Program-made: the position numbers and the translations under genes
Shown here: one piece after another, positions 8,992 through 17,328 of the stretch
Position numbering within the stretch: the stretch's first letter is position 1
Layout: every line of letters begins with the position of its first letter
Notes under the pieces: generated by a model
Database searches by the model: none
Seen by the model: the letters and a program-made list of their open reading frames with translations, nothing else
Told to the model about the DNA's origin: nothing
From: a virus
Lineage: Duplodnaviria > Caudoviricetes
Reading direction: 5' to 3' (one strand)
DNA: 64,000 bases
IMG/VR virus record: IMGVR_UViG_3300049792_000048
Coordinates: 1 to 64,000 of that record

Positions 8992-10649
8992 TGACCGCCG
9001 ATCCCAACATGAGGTGCGTGTGCGGGTACCGGATCTTCCGTGACCAGCGCATCACCATCACCGAGCCGACGTCACAGTGGGTGCTGTTCGACAACGGTGC
9101 CTTCGAGGGCTTCGGTTCGACCCCGTACGGCACGTACTTCGGCTCAGGCTCCTCTGGTACTTGGGGTCTGTTCGAGGTCGATGTTTCTCGCACCCACAAG
9201 CAGCTTGTCTGTGAGAGCTGTGCTCGGGTCCGGAGTGACGTCGTTCTCAGCGGTATCGGCTTCTTCGGGAGCTACTTGCTCGGTGACAGCATCTTCGTGT
9301 TGGTGACGGACACCACGTTGTTGGGGTGTATCCGCATCCGTTTCGAGAGCGTAGAGCTCGGAATCAGTGTGGACGTCTTTCCGACGGTATACACAGGGGA
9401 TCCGCTGCCCCTTGCTGCTCCGACACCGGATGTCACGGCAGATGACCCTGGTAACCCGGTCGCTGGCGTCCTGCGGGCTCTTCTGCCTGATGTGGACCAC
9501 GACGGCACCTTCGTGGTCTCCTTGGTCGACGTGTGCTCTGGGACGGCCGTCCCACTAGCCAACATTCCCTTGGAGTCCGCTGTGCAGATTCACTACCCCC
9601 ACGAAGCAGATCTCAACGGCATGCCCTCGATCGTGATCGAGCAGAACGTGCGGGCCTACAATCCGGTCTCGCAGCCGGGCACGAGCTCGGTCCCATCGAT
9701 CCCATTCGACAAGTGCGACGTCGTCATCGAGTATGACGCCCGCTTCGGACAGCTTCCGGGGCCCGCTGGCTTCACGAACGGGGGCGGCGGGGGCACCTAC
9801 ACACTGGTCGATGGCGGAGTTCTCTCGATCATCACTGGCGGCACCAGCGACAAGTACTTCAAGGAAGTCACTCTCGGAGCAGCATTCTCCGAGATCCACA
9901 TGTACGCACAGGTTCGTACGGACGCTTCGACAGAAGCGACAGCGAACGAAGGTCTGCATCTACTCGGGGATGGCGCTCCTGGAGCGTCCGGCTCGTATCT
10001 GGGCATGCAGATGCGCTCTCGGATCCGGAAGCTTGCGATGCTCACTCTCGATGAGGTCACGGCTAACCCTCTGCCGCAGGAGATGCCTGCTTCGGGGTGG
10101 TGGAACTTCTACTCGGGCCTCAAGGTGGGTGCCTCAAAGTACGCCGTTGCTCTTCCAGCTCTGGCCGGTCCCATCGATCCGAGCTCGTGGGGAACAGGAA
10201 GCGCGGGCGGCGTGAACCCCACGGTTCGCATGACCTTCGGCGACCTCGTGGGCTCCACCCTTCAGTCGTATCTCCGCAACATGGTCGTGAGCTGTGGTGG
10301 ACGCTTCGTTCGAGCGTTCTTCCGCAGCTATGCGGCTGCTGCGGCGCCGGTGCTTCGTCTCTCCATCTCGGGCGATGTCGATGCCGGTCCGGGCACGACT
10401 GTCCGGTTCCGTGTTCGCTATGGCTCTCTCGGACCTGGTGCGAGTCCGTACAGTCTCGGAGCTGCCACGATCGTCGAAGCGACGGCAAACTTCTCCTCGA
10501 AGAATGTCGTCGTCGAGGTCCCCTTCCAGCTCACCGGGTTGGTTGCGAAGGCGCCCTTCTGGTTCTCCGTGGAGCGGGCCTGGGAGAACATCAACGACAC
10601 GATGCCTGGCACGGCGCATCTGATCGCTGCTACGGTTCGTTCGTCATGA
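8991..10649 (+). CDS. probable virion structural protein with N-terminal Zn ribbon
   Basis: TGATG overlap; CVCG...CESC; Gly/Ser/Thr-rich beta composition. Confidence 0.55.
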   Translation: MTADPNMRCVCGYRIFRDQRITITEPTSQWVLFDNGAFEGFGSTPYGTYFGSGSSGTWGLFEVDVSRTHKQLVCESCARVRSDVVLSGIGFFGSYLLGDSIFVLVTDTTLLGCIRIRFESVELGISVDVFPTVYTGDPLPLAAPTPDVTADDPGNPVAGVLRALLPDVDHDGTFVVSLVDVCSGTAVPLANIPLESAVQIHYPHEADLNGMPSIVIEQNVRAYNPVSQPGTSSVPSIPFDKCDVVIEYDARFGQLPGPAGFTNGGGGGTYTLVDGGVLSIITGGTSDKYFKEVTLGAAFSEIHMYAQVRTDASTEATANEGLHLLGDGAPGASGSYLGMQMRSRIRKLAMLTLDEVTANPLPQEMPASGWWNFYSGLKVGASKYAVALPALAGPIDPSSWGTGSAGGVNPTVRMTFGDLVGSTLQSYLRNMVVSCGGRFVRAFFRSYAAAAAPVLRLSISGDVDAGPGTTVRFRVRYGSLGPGASPYSLGAATIVEATANFSSKNVVVEVPFQLTGLVAKAPFWFSVERAWENINDTMPGTAHLIAATVRSS

Positions 10650-10906
10650 GGATTGTGGAACTGATCGATGGTGCGTTCGAGATCCGTTGGACATGGCTGC
10701 CGCTCTGGCTCGCCACGAACCCGTTGTTGAAGACGACGTTGGAGACCGAGCTCAAGACCATCATCGCGCTGAATGGCGTCACGGATACCGAGGCTGACCT
10801 CGACACCCTCCACAGCCACGTCGTACGTCGCCTCGCGGAGATGTTCCCAGGCGTGAAGGGTCTCGATCTCTACTTGAACGGGATGAGCTCGCTCGAACTC
10901 GCTTGA
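10646..10906 (+). CDS. hypothetical protein
   Basis: ATGA overlap; C-terminal part of ORF 10097..10906. Confidence 0.55.
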   Translation: MRIVELIDGAFEIRWTWLPLWLATNPLLKTTLETELKTIIALNGVTDTEADLDTLHSHVVRRLAEMFPGVKGLDLYLNGMSSLELA

Positions 10907-10934
10907 CGAGCGCTTGTATGCTCTCGTATGCTCT
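10903..10934 (+). promoter_or_regulatory. sigma70-type promoter overlapped by a GTATGCTCT direct repeat (putative operator)
   Basis: TTGACG 10903-08, 18 nt, TATGCT 10927-32; GTATGCTCT at 10916-24 and 10926-34. Confidence 0.55.
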
Positions 10935-10939
10935 GGGCC

Positions 10940-11173
10940 ATGGCTCCCAAGCCCAAGCCCAAAAAGAAGGCTCCTGAGAAGACGGCGCCTCCCGATACGA
11001 TGTCCAGCCCCAGGACGATCCGCCTTCCTCGCGATGACGAGCAGTGGGTGGAGTCCCTCGCCGAGGCCGAGAACCATCCGAAGGGTTTCACCGGAGTGAT
11101 GCGGGATGCCGTCAAGTTCTACCGGACCCACAAGGACCGGGAACGGCAGACTGTCTTGGAGGCTATCCGATGA
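10940..11173 (+). CDS. ribbon-helix-helix (CopG/Arc-like) DNA-binding protein
   Basis: RTIRLPRDDEQWVESLA..FTGVMRDAVKFY strand-helix-helix pattern; basic N-terminal tail. Confidence 0.6.
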   Translation: MAPKPKPKKKAPEKTAPPDTMSSPRTIRLPRDDEQWVESLAEAENHPKGFTGVMRDAVKFYRTHKDRERQTVLEAIR

Positions 11174-11679
11174 AGCGTCTCCATACCGAGCCGTTGCCGA
11201 AGTCGATGTCGGCGCTGCTACTCTACATCAAGCGTGCCCTCTCGCAGCCCAAGGTGCAGGAGGTCGTGATCACCGAGAAGGGCATCTTGGTGTCGCGCGA
11301 GATGGTCGACGAGCAGGAGCCTGTGGTTCCGGAAGGCCAGAACGAGGTCGACTACACCTTCCTGCTCAACCACATCGAGATCGAACAGCATCGTTTCGAT
11401 CCGACGGAACACGGCATCTACGCTCTCTATGGCGCCACCCGCGCATTGGTGGAGAAGAAGCTCATCACCTTCGAGCTCGTTGTCCCGGGCTGGCCGCTCT
11501 TTGCCGCATGGCTTGGCGTCGAAGAGACCAAGCAGCCGCCCACGCACATCTTCGGTATCAAGACGACCTACGTGTCGCCTCTCGTCACGAACGAGCGCGT
11601 GGTCGTTCTGGGGGCTCCTCCCTCTTCCCTCTTCCTCACTGACGTCACCTTCGGGATGGCGATCGATCTCGGAGTCTGA
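11170..11679 (+). CDS. hypothetical protein
   Basis: ATGA overlap, GGAGG SD. Confidence 0.6.
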   Translation: MKRLHTEPLPKSMSALLLYIKRALSQPKVQEVVITEKGILVSREMVDEQEPVVPEGQNEVDYTFLLNHIEIEQHRFDPTEHGIYALYGATRALVEKKLITFELVVPGWPLFAAWLGVEETKQPPTHIFGIKTTYVSPLVTNERVVVLGAPPSSLFLTDVTFGMAIDLGV

Positions 11680-11680
11680 G

Positions 11681-12130
11681 ATGCGTGTCGATCAAGCGTT
11701 CGCGAGGGCCGGCTTCGAGATCGTCGATGCGAAGTCTGAGGGCAAGGAGATCACCATCTCCATCCGCATCCGAACGGAGAACCCATTGGTTCCTGCTCGT
11801 TGGAAAGCTCTGGTCGAGCACATTCTCGTCACAGCGGAGGAGGCAAAGACATGGAGCATCGACATCAGTCGGCGCTTCTATTCGCAGCGGGGACGTGTCC
11901 ACTGGATGTGGCGCATCATCATGCGGGGTAGCCTGAAGGACTGTCAGATCGCTCTGACCCAGGCGACCATCAACACGCTGCGCATCGGCAACGAGGTCAA
12001 GGAGGTCCCTCTCGTGGGACAGCAGAGTCTCGTTCCCGACCCGAAGAACGGCAAGTTCAAGGGCGCCTACCCACGTGATGATGAAGATCGTGGGTCGCAG
12101 GCTGTTGCAGGCGCCTTCATCGCGGGCTGA
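11681..12130 (+). CDS. hypothetical protein
   Basis: GGAG SD, operonic spacing. Confidence 0.6.
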   Translation: MRVDQAFARAGFEIVDAKSEGKEITISIRIRTENPLVPARWKALVEHILVTAEEAKTWSIDISRRFYSQRGRVHWMWRIIMRGSLKDCQIALTQATINTLRIGNEVKEVPLVGQQSLVPDPKNGKFKGAYPRDDEDRGSQAVAGAFIAG

Positions 12131-12144
12131 GGAGAAACACGAAC

Positions 12145-12858
12145 ATGGAATCGACGAATGTGAAGGGCTCGGTCAAGGCGGACGGTACGTCTGGCATCGG
12201 CGAGCTCACCGGGGACGACTCGATCTACGACATGGTCGCGGTCGGGGAGAAGCTGAAGGTCACCCCCGAGGTCGAGGAGCAGGTCCAGCGCCTCATGGGC
12301 GCCTTGAAGACCGAGAACCACACCTCGAAGTTCCTCTTGGAGGTCTACTTCAACGAGGAGCGCTCGAAGTTCCGCCCGTTCAGTGGCTTCCTCATGGCCT
12401 GGACGAACGGTGGCTTTGCGCATGGCGGGGGGGACGAGAAGGTCTATTTCTGCCCGAACGTCATCGATGTCGACGGTCAGCGCCGGCGCTGTGCAGCCCC
12501 GATGCCTCCGGCGCTCATCAAGCACAGGATGGGCATCTGCCTGTCGTGCAGGACCCCCAGCCGTGATCGTGACCTCGTGGGTGAGGTCTTCTTCAAGCTG
12601 CCCATGGAGAACTGGGCGCCGGTCATCGAGCGCTACTTCTTCAGGCTCGAATGCAACGCGGACATCCGCATCGGCATCATGCGTGGCGATCTCATGAAGA
12701 CCACACAGCAAGAGCAGGAGCGCGAACATCGTGGTGAGAAGCTGGAAGCGGTACGCTCAAGTCGTGAGTGGGTCCGCTACAACCTGAAGGATCTCATCAA
12801 GGATGGTGCTTCCGGTGCTACACTGGAATCTCGCCTCAACGCCTTCCTGCGCGCGTGA
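12145..12858 (+). CDS. hypothetical protein with probable Zn-binding cysteines
   Basis: GAGGAG SD; CPN...C...CLSC. Confidence 0.65.
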   Translation: MESTNVKGSVKADGTSGIGELTGDDSIYDMVAVGEKLKVTPEVEEQVQRLMGALKTENHTSKFLLEVYFNEERSKFRPFSGFLMAWTNGGFAHGGGDEKVYFCPNVIDVDGQRRRCAAPMPPALIKHRMGICLSCRTPSRDRDLVGEVFFKLPMENWAPVIERYFFRLECNADIRIGIMRGDLMKTTQQEQEREHRGEKLEAVRSSREWVRYNLKDLIKDGASGATLESRLNAFLRA

Positions 12859-12863
12859 ACAAG

Positions 12864-13286
12864 ATGACCACACCGAAGACGATCGCCGAGGTCTTGGAGC
12901 TCATCTCCAAGTTGAAGTCACGAAAGGCCGTGTACGGCGTCGCGATTTCCCACCTGCGGGCGTTCTACCGCAAGACCGACGCCGGCCCTGCCGAGCTCGT
13001 GATGCAGCGCGAGGACCTCGGCGCTGTCCCGGAGCCGCACATCGAGCTTTCCATCATCGAGATGGAGCAGCGCATCGACGAAATCGATGCCGAGCTCGAA
13101 CAGCTCCAGAATCAGCCCGTGGGCGGAGGAACGCCTCCCGCGGCTGAGCAGCCCGACGCTTCCGGCGAACCGCCGGCGGCCAAGGTTGCCGAAGACGCTG
13201 CCATCGCCGAGTCGGCGAAGAAGACAGCAGAACAGAAAGGAACTCCCAGTGGGAAGCCCCGCCCTCAAGGTGGTCGTCCGAGTTGA
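12864..13286 (+). CDS. hypothetical coiled-coil protein with disordered tail
   Basis: Operonic; heptads EMEQRIDEIDAELEQL. Confidence 0.55.
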   Translation: MTTPKTIAEVLELISKLKSRKAVYGVAISHLRAFYRKTDAGPAELVMQREDLGAVPEPHIELSIIEMEQRIDEIDAELEQLQNQPVGGGTPPAAEQPDASGEPPAAKVAEDAAIAESAKKTAEQKGTPSGKPRPQGGRPS

Positions 13287-13464
13287 CCCTCCCGAGCTCG
13301 ATCGAGTCAGTATCGATCGCTTGATGGATGGCGAGATCTCGGAGTTCGAGAAGTTCCTTCAGACGAAGCAGCGTGAACAGGGCCTCAGTGGGAATGACCC
13401 GCTGATGTCTTCGGAGCGCGGCATCCTGAAGGCCTTCATCATCTACGCGAAGTCGAGAGGTTGA
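13249..13464 (+). CDS. hypothetical protein
   Basis: GAAAGGA SD before GTG 13249. Confidence 0.5.
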   Translation: MGSPALKVVVRVDPPELDRVSIDRLMDGEISEFEKFLQTKQREQGLSGNDPLMSSERGILKAFIIYAKSRG

Positions 13465-13724
13465 TCATGAGTGACATGATGGTCGTGAAGAGGCAGTGCG
13501 AGCGGTGTCCGGCAGTGAAGGAGATTCCTGTCACCGCCGAGGACATCAAGACGAACAAGTACGCTCCGCAGAAGGCCGATGCGCCTCCGAGGTATCAGAT
13601 CTCGGTGGCGGGCAAGGTGACGGCGTCGTACTCGAATCTGTGTGACCCCTGCGAGCAGCAGGTCTCGAAGGCGATCACGGAGATCGCGAAGAAGCGCGAG
13701 AAGAAGAGCTCGACCCGAGGCTGA
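13461..13724 (+). CDS. small Zn-finger protein
   Basis: CERC...LCDPC. Confidence 0.6.
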   Translation: MIMSDMMVVKRQCERCPAVKEIPVTAEDIKTNKYAPQKADAPPRYQISVAGKVTASYSNLCDPCEQQVSKAITEIAKKREKKSSTRG

Positions 13725-13727
13725 GTA

Positions 13728-13766
13728 GCAAAAGAAGAGGGACCTGGCTGACGCCGGTCCCTCTTC
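13728..13766 (-). terminator. intrinsic terminator
   Basis: GAAGAGGGACC/GGTCCCTCTTC stem followed on - strand by TTTTGC; between convergent genes. Confidence 0.75.
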
Positions 13767-13770
13767 GCAC

Positions 13771-14184
13771 TCAGTCGTCTTCGGCGTCCGCGATGTCCGG
13801 GTGGTCCTCCGGCTTCGTCGGATCCCAGTAGTAGAAGCTGGTGCGCTTCCCGTCCGCGAGGTCCTTCACGGCCTGGAGACCGATCTCGTAGCTGGGCAGG
13901 ACCTTCTCGCGGACGAGCTCCTGGAGCTCTTCACGCGTACTCGCGATGTACTGGTAGGCGCCATCGTGCAGGCCCTTGCGGGGCATGAACACGTCTGCTG
14001 TAAAGACGAACCTCGCCCACTTGTTGGGGATCTCGACATCACCCTCCTCGTTCCACTCTTCTTCGTCCCACCTCAAGTCGAGGTCGTGGAGGTCTTCTTC
14101 GCTCAGTTTCGAGATGAAGATGTTGCAGACGATGTTTGCACTGTCGTGATTCTCCAGGGGCTCCTCGCCCGTGCTCCTGATCAT
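13771..14184 (-). CDS. acidic hypothetical protein
   Basis: ATG 14184 just after upstream stop. Confidence 0.6.
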   Translation of the reverse strand: MIRSTGEEPLENHDSANIVCNIFISKLSEEDLHDLDLRWDEEEWNEEGDVEIPNKWARFVFTADVFMPRKGLHDGAYQYIASTREELQELVREKVLPSYEIGLQAVKDLADGKRTSFYYWDPTKPEDHPDIADAEDD

Positions 14185-14185
14185 C

Positions 14186-14656
14186 TCAATACCCCTTTCC
14201 CGGAAGAACATCTGGACCGAACGTGGCAAGCCAAGCATCGAACATGTTGCGCAACTGGAGATCGTCGTCTGAGTTGAAGTCTGCCGGGATCAGCCCGAAC
14301 TTCGCAGAGAGCACGAGCTCGAAGATCTCTTCACGGGGATGATGAAGAGCGACCGCTGCTGTAGCGAACTCCCGGACATCGACCTCCCGAAGTCGAAGAT
14401 GGTAAGCGAATGCTGCGATGGTGACGGCGTTTCGGCTCGACACCACCGTGTAGTCAGCACTGTTCGAGCTAAGGGAAAGCTTGCGAACGGCCAACCCTAG
14501 CTCCACCGACGTGACCTTGTGCTCCATGTACTGCTTGCGGGCCAAGGTGCCGGTATTCGTGATGAACTCGTCCCACAGAGCGTTGTGCTTGAAGGGATCG
14601 GCGATGTTGTTGACGGGGCTGTTCCCCTTCGGATCGAGACGGTGGTTAGTATTCAT
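14186..14656 (-). CDS. hypothetical protein
   Basis: CCTATCAG motif and AGGAGG SD upstream. Confidence 0.65.
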   Translation of the reverse strand: MNTNHRLDPKGNSPVNNIADPFKHNALWDEFITNTGTLARKQYMEHKVTSVELGLAVRKLSLSSNSADYTVVSSRNAVTIAAFAYHLRLREVDVREFATAAVALHHPREEIFELVLSAKFGLIPADFNSDDDLQLRNMFDAWLATFGPDVLPGKGY

Positions 14657-14700
14657 GTCGGGCCTCCTATGTCTCTGATAGGCAAAAATGGCTCTATACT

Positions 14701-14734
14701 GGCAAAAGAAGAAGGCGTGCCATGTGGCACGCCT
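14701..14734 (-). terminator. intrinsic terminator
   Basis: AGGCGTGCC/GGCACGCCT stem followed by TCTTCTTTTGCC on - strand. Confidence 0.75.
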
Positions 14735-14744
14735 CCCTCCCTTG

Positions 14745-14960
14745 TCAGAACATCAACAAGTCGTCGTCGATGCTCGGAGACTCTCTTGCAGTCAGGTCTT
14801 GCAGCAGCTCCCGTTCCGTTCCGAGACGGGTGATGGATGCGACGGCTCGGGCGGTCCCCGCCTTCTCGTCGCACACGCAACGCAGTCGACCGCAGGCATT
14901 GCAGCACTCGCATTCGTGACGCGAGCAGCCGCAGCCATTGCAAGTTCGTCCGTGGCTCAC
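14745..14960 (-). CDS. small Cys-rich protein
   Basis: GTG 14960 right after upstream stop, GGAG SD; CNGCGCSRHECECCNACGRLRCVC. Confidence 0.5.
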   Translation of the reverse strand: MSHGRTCNGCGCSRHECECCNACGRLRCVCDEKAGTARAVASITRLGTERELLQDLTARESPSIDDDLLMF

Positions 14961-14961
14961 G

Positions 14962-15834
14962 TCAGGCTCCAGCCTGTTGTGAGTTCTTCTCGGTCTCCAG
15001 GAGCGCAGCCGAGGCTGCGTCACGCTTCACTTCTGCCGTGGCTTGCTTCAGCTCGCCACCCGTGATGCCCATCTTCATCTGACGGCGGAAGTCACGGACG
15101 TCGGCCCGACCCTTCTTCAGGGTCTCGGCGAACTTCGGGTTGGCGATCACCCCGCTGTTCTTCAGTGCGTGAATGTCCGCTAGCACGTCGCGCTTTGCGT
15201 CGTTGTTCGCGGGGTTCGCGCAGAACACGTCGAAGTTCTTGGTGAGGCGGTCGATGAGCATCGTCTCCTTCTCGGTGGGCGCCCTGTCGACGCCGTCCCT
15301 GAAGGTGAAGAGCCGGTCCTGTTCCGAGGGGAGATGGAGGATGCCCCCGTCTCCGAGCAACCCCGGCATCTCGGGGTTGACCCTCTCGAACTCGTCCATA
15401 CCCGCGAGGGTCGGGAGCTCGTTGCCGCGGATGTGGTTGCAGTCCGGACCGTGCACATGTTCCTTGTCGACCACGACCACGGAGTGGCCACGGTCGAGCG
15501 CCGCTTGGCGAAGGGCATCGCCGTGCGAGCCTTCGCCTACCACCACGACCCGGTGGTCGCCCTTCGCGAGGTCCACGGTGGGCGTGGGGTCTTGCACGAG
15601 CTCTGCACCCCTCATCTCTTCGCGCAGGTTCTCTTCGGGATCGTCGGGCTTCCCGTACACGGAGGCGTACTGTTGGAGGGCCTCTCCGTAGAGGTCGATG
15701 AGCTCTTCCTTCTTGGCGCGCGACTTCCCCTTCGCACGCGCGGGGTCGATGTCCCGCAGAGCTCCGTACATCTCGTCACGGCTGAGCTCCAGGTAGTCGC
15801 CCTTCGCGTAGATCTTCTTTTCGGTCATGTTCAT
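14962..15834 (-). CDS. hypothetical protein with N-terminal Rho-N/HeH-like helical domain
   Basis: AGGAG SD; LELSRDEMYGALRD..SRAKKEELIDL. Confidence 0.55.
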   Translation of the reverse strand: MNMTEKKIYAKGDYLELSRDEMYGALRDIDPARAKGKSRAKKEELIDLYGEALQQYASVYGKPDDPEENLREEMRGAELVQDPTPTVDLAKGDHRVVVVGEGSHGDALRQAALDRGHSVVVVDKEHVHGPDCNHIRGNELPTLAGMDEFERVNPEMPGLLGDGGILHLPSEQDRLFTFRDGVDRAPTEKETMLIDRLTKNFDVFCANPANNDAKRDVLADIHALKNSGVIANPKFAETLKKGRADVRDFRRQMKMGITGGELKQATAEVKRDAASAALLETEKNSQQAGA

Positions 15835-15894
15835 GTTCTCCTGGTGAAGAGGTGGTCCCTTCACCTAACTGATAGGAAAAAAGAGCGCGTGATC

Positions 15895-16278
15895 CTAGAA
15901 GTGGAACTTCCAGTGGGCACGGAGATGTGCTGGATCCACCTGACGCATCTCGATCAAGCGGCCAGCCTTCTGAGCGCGTTCGATGCCCCGCTGCATTCCA
16001 CCGGAGATGCCGAGGTCCGTGTAGACCGCAGTCAGGTCTGCCTTGTCGCCCCATGCCAATCCAGCTTCGATCCCGTACTCCCTTTCCGCCGGGATGAGGT
16101 CGTCGAGGATGCCCGGCTGCGCATAGAGGAGGTGTGAGGCGTACGGAGCCTCCCCTCGCCAGATGCTGTCGCGCATGCACGCCTTCGCGTAGTCCTGATG
16201 CTGTTCGACGGTGTACTGGAGATTGGCGGCGAGAGGGCTTTCGATGAGGACTAGCCTTGGCTTCTTCGTCTCACTCAT
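15895..16278 (-). CDS. nucleoside 2-deoxyribosyltransferase-like (DUF4406-type) protein
   Basis: LVLIESP..EAPYASHLLY..LDD..ER..GISGGM pattern common next to phage nucleotide genes. Confidence 0.65.
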   Translation of the reverse strand: MSETKKPRLVLIESPLAANLQYTVEQHQDYAKACMRDSIWRGEAPYASHLLYAQPGILDDLIPAEREYGIEAGLAWGDKADLTAVYTDLGISGGMQRGIERAQKAGRLIEMRQVDPAHLRAHWKFHF

Positions 16279-16943
16279 CGCGTGAAATCCTTGTAGAGCT
16301 GATTCAGATTCCGCTCCATCTCGGGGATAGTCCCCTCGTTGTTGAGGATGGCACTGAAGTCGCTGAGCGGGATGCTGAGGAGCTGAGTCTCGCTGGCATG
16401 GTTGTGTTGGGGCTTGCCACGTGTGAGGCGGATGACCTTGCCTCCAGCAGCGAGCACAGCATCAAGTTCGTTGCGGAAACGAAGGTCGCTGATGCACCAC
16501 CGCTCGTGAGATGAACCCATGATGAGGTTGATCGTGGACTTCGCCCAGAGGTCGTCATTCAAGCGACGTCCCCACTCCGTGCCGAGAGTCTGAAGAGCAA
16601 GTCGGGGTGTCACGAACTCCTTGTAGTTGACCTCACAGTTCGCGCAGCTCCAACGGAAGCCTTCCGGAACGTCACGTTCCTCGGGCAGGCAATCACTCCA
16701 GTCCAGGCATGAGTGCCCGCAGTGCGTGCAGATGCCGCTGAACGGGTACCGCTTGTCCTCTTCCTCGCGTTTCGAGCTCGGCCCGTAGAGTTGCTCGTCT
16801 GTGAAGCCGAAGGCGATCTTTGCCATCGCCTTCAAGGGGGCCGCGAACGACGTCTTCGAGAAGCCGTGGTTCTTGACCAAGTAGTTGCAGGCAGTGTCCT
16901 TGCCACTGCCTGCAAGCCCACACATCGCGATGATGGTCTTCAC
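16275..16943 (-). CDS. deoxynucleoside monophosphate kinase (T4 gp1-like) with Cys-rich insert
   Basis: GLAGSGKDT, SFAAPLK, TPRLALQTLGTEWGR, ISDLRFRNE, HASE. Confidence 0.9.
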   Translation of the reverse strand: MKTIIAMCGLAGSGKDTACNYLVKNHGFSKTSFAAPLKAMAKIAFGFTDEQLYGPSSKREEEDKRYPFSGICTHCGHSCLDWSDCLPEERDVPEGFRWSCANCEVNYKEFVTPRLALQTLGTEWGRRLNDDLWAKSTINLIMGSSHERWCISDLRFRNELDAVLAAGGKVIRLTRGKPQHNHASETQLLSIPLSDFSAILNNEGTIPEMERNLNQLYKDFTR

Positions 16944-17257
16944 TTGCGGTTGCCCTTCTTCCGCTTCGTCGAGACCACGGGAGGAGGGGGAAGAAGAGAG
17001 CGAAGGCCGAGTGCGGGTGTGAAAGCCTCCTCCAGCATGCGCTGAAGGGCGGGCACCTCGATCAGCGGGATCATGCTGGGGTCGTCGCCCGGGTTCGTCG
17101 GCGTGCGCTTGACGCTGATGAAGAACTCGGGTTTCGAGTCGGTGTTGTCACGTCGGATGACGATGAGGTTCAGCGGTCCGGCGGACATGATGGACACGGG
17201 AGTCACAGACTTCGTCGTGTCGGTCGGAGGGGTGGTGGGTGCCTTTTCGTCGGTCAC
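16940..17257 (-). CDS. hypothetical protein
   Basis: AAGGAG SD before GTG 17257; CCTATCAG upstream. Confidence 0.5.
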   Translation of the reverse strand: MTDEKAPTTPPTDTTKSVTPVSIMSAGPLNLIVIRRDNTDSKPEFFISVKRTPTNPGDDPSMIPLIEVPALQRMLEEAFTPALGLRSLLPPPPVVSTKRKKGNRK

Positions 17258-17328
17258 AGGATCTCCTTGGATAGGGGGCATCTGCATCCCCACGCTTCTG
17301 ATAGGAGGATGCGCTAGACTCCGGTTCG

